Assembly: GCA_951406725.2 (NCBI GenBank)
Contig: OX597828.1
Location: forward strand, 17,794,001 to 17,858,000
Origin: Octopus vulgaris
Lineage: Eukaryota
Reading direction: 5' to 3'
DNA: 64,000 nucleotides
Part shown: positions 55,417-64,000 of the stretch, piece after piece
How positions within the stretch are numbered: the first letter of the stretch is position 1
Layout of the letters: every line of letters begins with the position of its first letter
Position numbers and translations under genes: made by a program
The notes under the pieces: model-generated
What the model saw: only the letters and a program-made list of their open reading frames with translations
Told to the model about the DNA's origin: nothing
Database searches by the model: none

Positions 55417-56113
55417 GTTGTTGTTGGCATCCTTTTTGTCTCGGGAGACAATGGAGTTGCGCATAGAATAATCTAGTCCGGCTTTTACATTTCATGTCCT
55501 AATACATCTCCTGCTGTGGCCATGTGATCCTATCCTGGACAAACACTTCCTCTGGCAGGTACCGCAAATGTAGTGAAGACTTTGCCTGGCTGGTTGTAAT
55601 GCCATAGTTTCTCGTTGACGTCTTTTATTGTCTTTCCATTTCTCCTCTCTCCCTCTGTCACTCCTTTGTGTTCCCTCTTTTTCGGTACGTCACCAATCTC
55701 CAAGGTTGCTGGCAACTGCTTCCCAGTTGATAATATTGATTTTGCAGGCATTCATGTCCCTTTTGCAAACATCCTTGTATCGTAAGAACGGTCTTACACA
55801 CCTAATGTCCCTAGCAAGCTCTCCAAACGGGCATGGGACAATAATAAGCTGACCAAGGCCACATAAATGAAGATTTACCAGGTATGTGTACTTAGCACTC
55901 TACTGTATGGAAGTGAGACTTGGACGCCCTACACACGCCAAGTGCGTCGCCTAAATATCTTTCACCTGCGCTGCCTCCAGAAAATCCTTGGCATCAAATG
56001 GCAGAATCATATCCCCAACAAAGTTGTCCTCAAGCAAGCAGGAATACCAAGTAAGCTTGCACTCCTCACACAAAGACGTATGAGATGGCTTGGACATTTT
56101 AGCCGTATTGAAG
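55417..56113. mobile_element. RTE (BovB-like) LINE with 5' inversion: 3' end on minus (~55417-55800), upstream segment on plus (~55805-56113)
   Basis: Plus: VLSTLLYGSETWT...FHLRCLQKILGIKWQ...RRMRWLGH; minus: RPFLRYKDVCKRDM...WEAVA...HSRRC and GGATGCC(AAC)n tail. Confidence 0.85.
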
Positions 56114-57097
56114 AGATATCTATATATACTACTAAGTATACGTGTGTGCGCGGGCGTACATGCATCGACATAGATAAACATATATGTATATACACACACA
56201 TATATATATGCATGCATACATACATACATACATACATACATACATGTATGTAATTAATAAGAGGAATGAGCACTAAAATGGATTCCTAATATACTAAAGA
56301 TAGACGCCAAATTGCCTCACCACGAAGAGTGTGTTCTGAAGAAAAATCTCAGTATGTATGTATAGCCCGAGGCTATAATAGAAGACAGAAGCCCAAAGTG
56401 TCACCTAGTGGGACTGAACGCAGAAAACGGAACCATGGTGCGAAGCAAACTACTTAATATACAGCCAAAACAAAAAATATAACAAAAAGGGAAGAAAAAA
56501 TAAACAGTTCAATACAGGTTTTTCAAATAAACGACAGGGGAACGAGAGTTCCAATTGCAGCAAAGACAAATATTTTTCGGTCACACGGTAATCCTGGCCT
56601 TCACAGCTTTTTTAATCCTTGTGTAATTCCTTGAAATTATTTTTCAAAAAGACTTCCTTCGCAAGCACAAAGAAACTACACAGATACATCCAATTTATAT
56701 CACCATAAGGATGAGAGGTTCAAAATGATGTAGATACGTTAATACTTTTGTAGCTGTTTAATTAACTTACTCCCAAATATATTGTAACGAAACTCTACCT
56801 TTTGAAAAATATTACTATTTTTAGCAATGTGCTTAGTTTTCTAATTTTAGTTTCGTTCTTTTGTTGCACTATTCTTCGTATCTTTTTGTTATATCTTTTG
56901 AATTTCATATACGCCTAAATATTTATATATGGGTGGTTTCTATTATGAATCTCTGATATCTAAAATCTAACTTAATATTTTTTAACGTTGGTGAGGCTTT
57001 TGCAGATTTTAATAATCCCATACTGATTTCATTGAATTCCTTTTGAACTGATGTACATTTTTATCGTTAGTTCCCCCTTCAGGGTGTTGTCTCTTAT

Positions 57098-57213
<116 letters not shown>

Positions 57214-57349
57214 ATATATACAATATCATTATAGAGAAGATGATTCATGGTCTGCTTTTCCGTTTGTTTTATCATATATTTATGAATCACTGGTAGTTGA
57301 GAACATATGTTAAAAGTGTCAGATGTACACAGAAGCGTGGCAACAATAA

Positions 57350-58110
57350 GGAATATATCTCTAGTTATAAATATAAGGCTGTGTTTTTACCATCTCCTAT
57401 TTATTATGTTGCTCTATTGAAGTTTATAATTTTGGCATAACGTGGCTCATACACCTGTCTTAATATTGGGACTACTCTGTGTATGTGCCGTATCTCCAAT
57501 ATCAAGGATTATCGGTTGCTGTCAAAGGTTTTGCAGTAATCATCCGTGTCATGCTTGTATTTTTATTTCTGTTATTGCAGTCTTCAATAACTGCTCACTT
57601 TACCAATAACTATTCTTTATATTCATTGATCCCATTCTGACAGCCCTTCTGTTCTTCTGCTAAGATTTCATTATTTTCCAGATGATCAACCAACCTGTTC
57701 GACAGTATAAACGTCAAGGACCCCTTGGTATTTTTGTTTTCGAGAATTAATATTGTTTTCCTCTCTAGTAATCAATCGCGAATGGATTCTAGTCTCTTTA
57801 GTAATTCATGGAATACACTTGCTGTAGTTTCAAATGAAAATAGCTAAGTGTTTTAACCAGAAGCTGGTCACCTTATCACTTGCTGCAAGCTCTCTTGTTG
57901 CAAGCAAGCTGTCTTAATTGTGTTAGTAAATTCCTTGTAAGATACGCTGGATCACACTTTAGGATAATTATATTTGTATCTTTATTATCCATCACTTTTA
58001 TAATCCATTGTGCGTGCTTATTAGACTGTCTATTCGCATTCCTTATGTTCTGCTACTGACTTTGTATTAATGCTGTTAGTGGTGTATCTTTTAAGATTAT
58101 ATTTTGTAAT
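57350..58110 (-). mobile_element. Highly degraded R4/Dong-clade RT fragment
   Basis: Minus-strand translation DKVTSFWLKHL...DHLENNEILAEEQKGC...AVIEDC...DYCKTFDS with stops and frameshifts. Confidence 0.7.
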
Positions 58111-58411
58111 TCTTTACGTGTGCGCGTCGTTTATTGCCTGGAAAAATGCTTAGTATTTTCGTTTCGTTTTTTTTTAATGCATTGTGTGTATGCATAGAGG
58201 TGTAACTAAGAAGATTCGGTGTTCGACTCTTACTATATCTCAGTTTGGCCACGTGATTTCTTTCAAACCAGATAACTAAAAGCTTCTGAAAGAAATTTGT
58301 TAAAGCATGATGTCCTAGTTTCGTTTCACGATACCACGAAACTTTAAGATTTTAGAAGCCGAATCAAACTGCGATTCTGTTGAACACTACTTTTCGTTGG
58401 TTCACTCTCTC

Positions 58412-58459
<48 letters not shown>

Positions 58460-58619
58460 AAAAAGAGAGAGAGAGAGGTACTTTACTATACACGTGAAAT
58501 TAAGTAGCATTCAATACACATGTATTGTCTTGCATTTTTTCATATATTTAAGAACGCTTTGATTCAACTGAACAATATCTTAAGTGATGGGTACTTATTT
58601 ATTTAACGTAACAGGTACT

Positions 58620-58832
58620 CTTTACACTTTTACTTGTTTCAGTCATTTGACTGTGGCCATGCTGGAGCACCACCTTTTTAGTCCGTCAAATCGACCCCAG
58701 GACTTATTTTTTGTAAGCCTAGCACTTATTCTATCGGTCTCTTTTGCCGAACCGCTAAGTTACGGCGACGTAAACACACTAGCATCGGTTGTCAAGCGAT
58801 GTTGGGGGAACAAACACAAACATATACACACG

Positions 58833-58914
<82 letters not shown>

Positions 58915-59060
58915 CGACGGGCTTCTTTCAGTTTCCGTCTACTAAATCCACTCACAAGGCTTTGGTCGGCCCGAGGTTATAGTAGAAGACACTTGCCCAA
59001 GGTGCCACGGAACCATATGGTTGGTAAGCAAGCTACTTACCACACAGCTACTCCTACGCC
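58620..59060 (-). mobile_element. SINE family A, full length
   Basis: Head ggcgtaggagtagctgtgtggtaagtagcttgc through tail. Confidence 0.92.
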
Positions 59061-59538
59061 TATATGTTATATATGTATAAATATATATATATATGTGTAC
59101 TGTTATATATGTATAAATATATATATATATGTGTGTGTGTGTGTGGTATGTATATACATATGTATCTCTCTATATATGTAAACGTATATATATATATATA
59201 TATGGATATATGTGTGTGTGTGTGTCCTTGTGTGCGTTACTGTGTGTGCATACTGCTTCAGACGTGTGGAAATATTCTGTAAACCATAAAATAGCGATAA
59301 ATCTTTAAAGGGATTTAGCCATTCATTAAGTAGAACCGACAAAATGATTACCATTGTATCCTTAGTAGGCCCTGAGCTGGGTTGATATACTTGACTAAGA
59401 CCCTTAGAATTTGATGTTCCAACTAGGTCGCAAAACATGGGCAGAAACCAGGATAAAAGATGACAGAACGAAACTACATACTGAGTTTTTTCATTATTTT
59501 TTTGCTTCCAAGTTTTCTGACCTATCCTGATGTATGAA

Positions 59539-59750
59539 GGTGGCAAAGTGGCAGAATCGTTAGCACGCCGAGCATTTCGCTTGGCGACGGTCCGTCGATC
59601 TTTATGATCTAAGTTCAAATTCTACTGAGATCGACTTTGCCTTTCCTCCTTTCGAGGTCGATAAAACAAGTACCTGTTGAATACTAGGATTGATGTAATC
59701 GATTTAATCCGACAAAAATTGCTGGCTTTGTACCAACAATTCAAAACCAG
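59539..59750 (+). mobile_element. SINE family B, degraded
   Basis: ggcagaatcgttagcacgccg and tcgactttgcctttc blocks. Confidence 0.75.
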
Positions 59751-60638
59751 CATTTCACTTGTATTAAATGTTCAATATTGACATATTTTCATAAACTTAT
59801 ACAGCTTTGGGATTCACTACCAGATAGTTAGTGCAAGGGAGATAATTATTTCTTCGTAATATTCGGTAGGATTAGAAGTTTGAATTTGATAATAAAGTGT
59901 TAGGAAGAAGGACCATAAATACACAGAATATTTTTAATGCATTCTAATTGCGGAGGTCTTAAAATTTCTAGTCTTTTGTAATCATATATTGTACCATTTT
60001 AGTCTTTTTAAGACTCACCAGCATGACACAAGCCGAGGTACAGAAATTTAAAATGTTATGAATAGAGATTTTCATATAGGTGGGAATACATTGCATATAA
60101 AGGGTCTTGGTGTTGATTCCATCGTGTTTTGTCTTGAGCAAGCGCTCTTTATAATGGATCTGAGTTCACCCAAGTTGCATGAGAAAAATTGCGGAGATGG
60201 AAAATATTTAGAAAAACCTCTATGACTAACTGAACGTGTAACTCAATAACCTGTCCAACCACAGGGTCCTAGAAATGCAGATTTAGGTATCCATTTGATG
60301 TCGCTACCATATCAATATCGTTATAGATATCATGAGAACGGCCTTGACTAAAAGTAGACCAAACTGTGGTAGCCATCTCGAATGTCCTATATTTGTTTAC
60401 CTAAGCCTGACATGTTAGTTTCGTTTGACGATACCACGAAACTTTAAGCTTTAGGGAGTCAAATCAAACTGCGAAAGCTGTTGTACACCACATTTCGTTT
60501 GTCCACTAACACATATGTATATATATATACACACACGCACACATATATGAGTGGCATACCTATACATATGCATGTCTCTCTATATGTATATATATATATA
60601 AACAGATACACGCACACACATATATATGTATGTATATA

Positions 60639-60715
<77 letters not shown>

Positions 60716-60730
60716 GCAAGCATATATATA

Positions 60731-61165
60731 AGCGCAGCTGTAGCTGAGTGGTGAGAAGTTTGCATTGCAACTATATATCCGGTTTCAGTCCCACTTCGTG
60801 GCACCTTGGGTATATGTCTTTTACCATACCCTCGGGCGGACCAAAGTCTTGTGACTGGATTTGGTAGACAGAAACTGAAAGAACTCCGTCATAAAATGTG
60901 CCTGCGTGTGTGGGTGTATGTGTGTGTGCATGTGTGTGTTTGTGTGATTCTTTGCGTCTTCCTTTGCTGTCCTTCTCTCAGCTGTCTTGAAGCGATGTTG
61001 GTTTGTTTACATCCACATATGTTAATAGTTCGGCAAAAGAAAGGAAAAGGGTAATTATGAAAATTAACAAAACAAATAACTCGTTACTGAGGACGATGTA
61101 TTCGACTAAAACCCGACAAGGCCCTGCTCCAGCATGGACTCTAATAATTGAATCAAACAAGCGTT
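60731..61165 (+). mobile_element. SINE family A, degraded
   Basis: cagtcccacttcgtggcaccttggg...ggatttggtagacagaaactgaaagaa. Confidence 0.78.
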
Positions 61166-63004
61166 AAAAGCTAAATGTTTAGGTTTATTTCAATAGGAAG
61201 GAAAATATTACAGGCGCACTCGGTTCCATTCGGTTACTATTTGCTATAGATCTTTCTTTACTCAAAGCTTTGGGAGTTCTTTCTGCTAATCGAAGTTTAT
61301 TGATTGTGCTATGATCACGTGTAATCTTTCTGTTAGATTTTCTTAACTGACAGCTTTGTTCTCTTGTGTGATGTTTGATTTTCTCCTGTTTATTGCGAAA
61401 GAATATTTTTAATTCCGGCTGGGTATTTGCATGGCTGCTGCTGCTGCTGGTGTTGTTGTTGTTGATGATGATGATGATGATGACGACGACGACGATGATG
61501 ATGTTATTGCATTTGTATAACTGCAGGTCATCTTTGATCACGCAAAGCCTTGATCAAAGAAATACCATCCACGCCCATCTATCATATTCACGTGTTTCTA
61601 AGAAGGTGGAGTATGTCTTTGCAGGAAAATGGATTGATTTTGATTCAGCCCTTTGCCCCCTAGGGAGCATAAGCTAGCGACGACTTTTTCTCCAATGTTC
61701 TCGACGCTGAGGTATCTTTTCTGTCTCTCCCAGGTAGTGTTGGTTAAAAACACTCATCGACATTTCTGTAACTTTCCTAGGTAGGGATATTAGCCCTATG
61801 TAAACCCATTTTAACCCCAGGAAGAGACGGTCCATGTTAGTCTGCCTTCTGTCCTTTTACCTATCCAGAATTCTAAACATTAAGAGGAAGTTGTATTCCA
61901 CTGGTCTAGCTCCACTGGCATTTCCCTCTCAAATACCATCACCTTTCTCTTCACCCTAGGCATCCTCTCCAACCCGCAACTTCGTCTCCACCCAAACCTT
62001 TCTCTCCACTCTCACCTTCCTCTCCAAGTGGGGTTAATGAAACGTTTGCTGAAAAGGAAGGGCTCTGTCTCCAGCCCTTCCAAACTCATGCATAGATAAG
62101 CCGGTGGCTTGATCAGCAGCCCGGAATAAGCGATGCGAAGGAGAACATCGTGGACTTTAGAGCTTATCTTGACAGCCTACCTCGACCCTCGGCAGCGGAA
62201 AGTCTATAATAGCAGTAGATTGAGGATTTTATGATTGGTCGTATGAAATTCACGGCTAGTAGCAGAACGAATTTTTTCCGAGTTTTGTAGACTGGATAAT
62301 GGTGGGAAACAAAGGACAGGTAATTGATCAGTTCTGGTTCATACCTCTACTAAATGATACTTCATGATGTTACCTAAGTTGCTGTCAAAGAGGTTGATGC
62401 TTGTTGTCGAAAGTATGGTTGAGAAAGCATAGGGATGCAATTAAAATGCAAATCAACAGAAAACTCTCAAGTGTCGAACATTGCGATTTGACTGCTATCT
62501 TCAAGACAGACGCTGTCGATTCCGTCTTCAGGAGGTTGATCGAGTCTATGTACAACGTTACTGACATGTGAGATTTTATCAATGAGCTTTTGTTGTTGTT
62601 TGGAGAGATCCATCTGTCAGCTAAGTCCACCGTGAAGATTGCTATGGTACCTGCTTTTGCCGTAAAGACAGACATTCTTTCTCCACTTGACTTAGCTGTT
62701 GCGAAAGAGATCGAGTTAGCAGTGAATTTGAAAGTACTGAAATCAGAGCCCTTCTTTTCAGCAGAGACCTTATCAACATTTTGAAGTATCACTTAGAGAG
62801 AAAGGTGCAGGTGGAGAGAAAGGTGAGGTTGGAGAGGAGGTAAGAGTAGTAGAGAGCGAGGTTCTTGCCGCTAGTAAATTCCGTCAATGTCAGGTGAGAT
62901 TAGCGATTGCAGTACATGTGAACGAGTCTAATACGAACATGCGCCTCTACACCAAGAAACGAGGTGTGCAAGGGTTTTCTTTACGTTTATATATTACTCG
63001 TTCT

Positions 63005-63230
63005 TCTTTTGCTCTTTTAAGTCTTGTTTCAGTCTTTTGACTGCGGCCATGCTGGAGCACCGCCTTCAGGCGAGTAAATCGACCCCAGGACTTATTCTTT
63101 GTAAGCCTAGTACTTATTTTTACCTAACCGCTAAGTTACGGGGACATAAACACACCAGCATCAGTTGTCAAGCGATGTTGGGGGGACAAACACAGACACA
63201 CAAACATATAGACACACATACATACATACA

Positions 63231-63276
<46 letters not shown>

Positions 63277-63441
63277 TACGACGGGCTTCTTTCAGTTTCG
63301 GTCTACCAAATCCACTGAAAAAGCTTTGGTCGGCCCTAGGCTATAGTAGAAGACACGGGCCCAAGGTGCCACGCAGTAGGACTGAATCCGGACCCATGTG
63401 GTTGATAAGCAAGCTACTTACAACAAAGCCACTCCTACGCC
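63005..63441 (-). mobile_element. SINE family A, full length
   Basis: Head ggcgtaggagtggct through 3' block. Confidence 0.9.
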
Positions 63442-64000
63442 TATTTTAGTTAACCAAAATACATTGAAATTTTCTTGTGGGAATTTCATCGATGCAGCTA
63501 TGGCGGGCTTACTATGAATTAGTTAATCATGGTCAATAGGAACTCGTAGCAGGCCTTATTGTTAGTTGGAAAAGCAATAGGGAACATCAGTAACTGCCTT
63601 CTTATATTGCTCTGCTATCACTTATAGATTTCTTTAGTCAATGTATGTCAGACTTCTTGTATTGCACGTCGTTTAGTTGCTTTGACATATTACAGTCTAA
63701 CGAATTTAGGTGTCACACTCCAATCTATCAGTACAGGGACATATGTCTGGAACAGCAAATGTGTTGACAGTACAGACAGGAGTCTTGGCTTTGAGGTGAA
63801 TCTTTAACATTTATTTCGATTCTGTCAAAAATATTCATTTTTCATTCTTTCTCAGAGAGCTTCGGCACAAGCACACACACACACAGACACACAGACACAC
63901 ACACACAGATACACACACACAGACACACACACACTCACACAAACTCACATACACAAGTGGCGCACACACATTCACTCACACACACGCACACACACACACA

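Overview
AT-rich, microsatellite-saturated eukaryotic intergenic/intronic DNA. The repeat content (tRNA-derived SINE families, very long (TA)n/(GATA)n/(AAT)n runs) most resembles an octopus/coleoid cephalopod genome; this is an inference. I found no confidently supported host protein-coding exon. Almost all ORFs in the track are microsatellite artefacts, and the recognisable protein-like ones are retrotransposon relics (Tx1/L1, CR1, R4/Dong, RTE clades). There is also a non-autonomous Helitron, a pogo/Tigger-like MITE, a degenerate U6 snRNA copy fused to a SINE body, and a tRNA-Glu pseudogene. The most notable signal is three fold-back (inverted-repeat) insertions, each carrying a pair of minimal hammerhead-ribozyme motifs of the Penelope-like-element type (24971-28395, 32831-33028, 36670-37167), plus core-variant hammerhead-like motifs. 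Also notable: a Tx1 LINE reconstructed across a nested insertion via a 17-bp TSD, a SINE subfamily sharing that LINE's 3' end that has inserted three times at the same position inside older copies of its own family, and an RTE with a twin-priming-type 5' inversion. All calls come from reading the sequence; no searches were run, and repeat boundaries are approximate.
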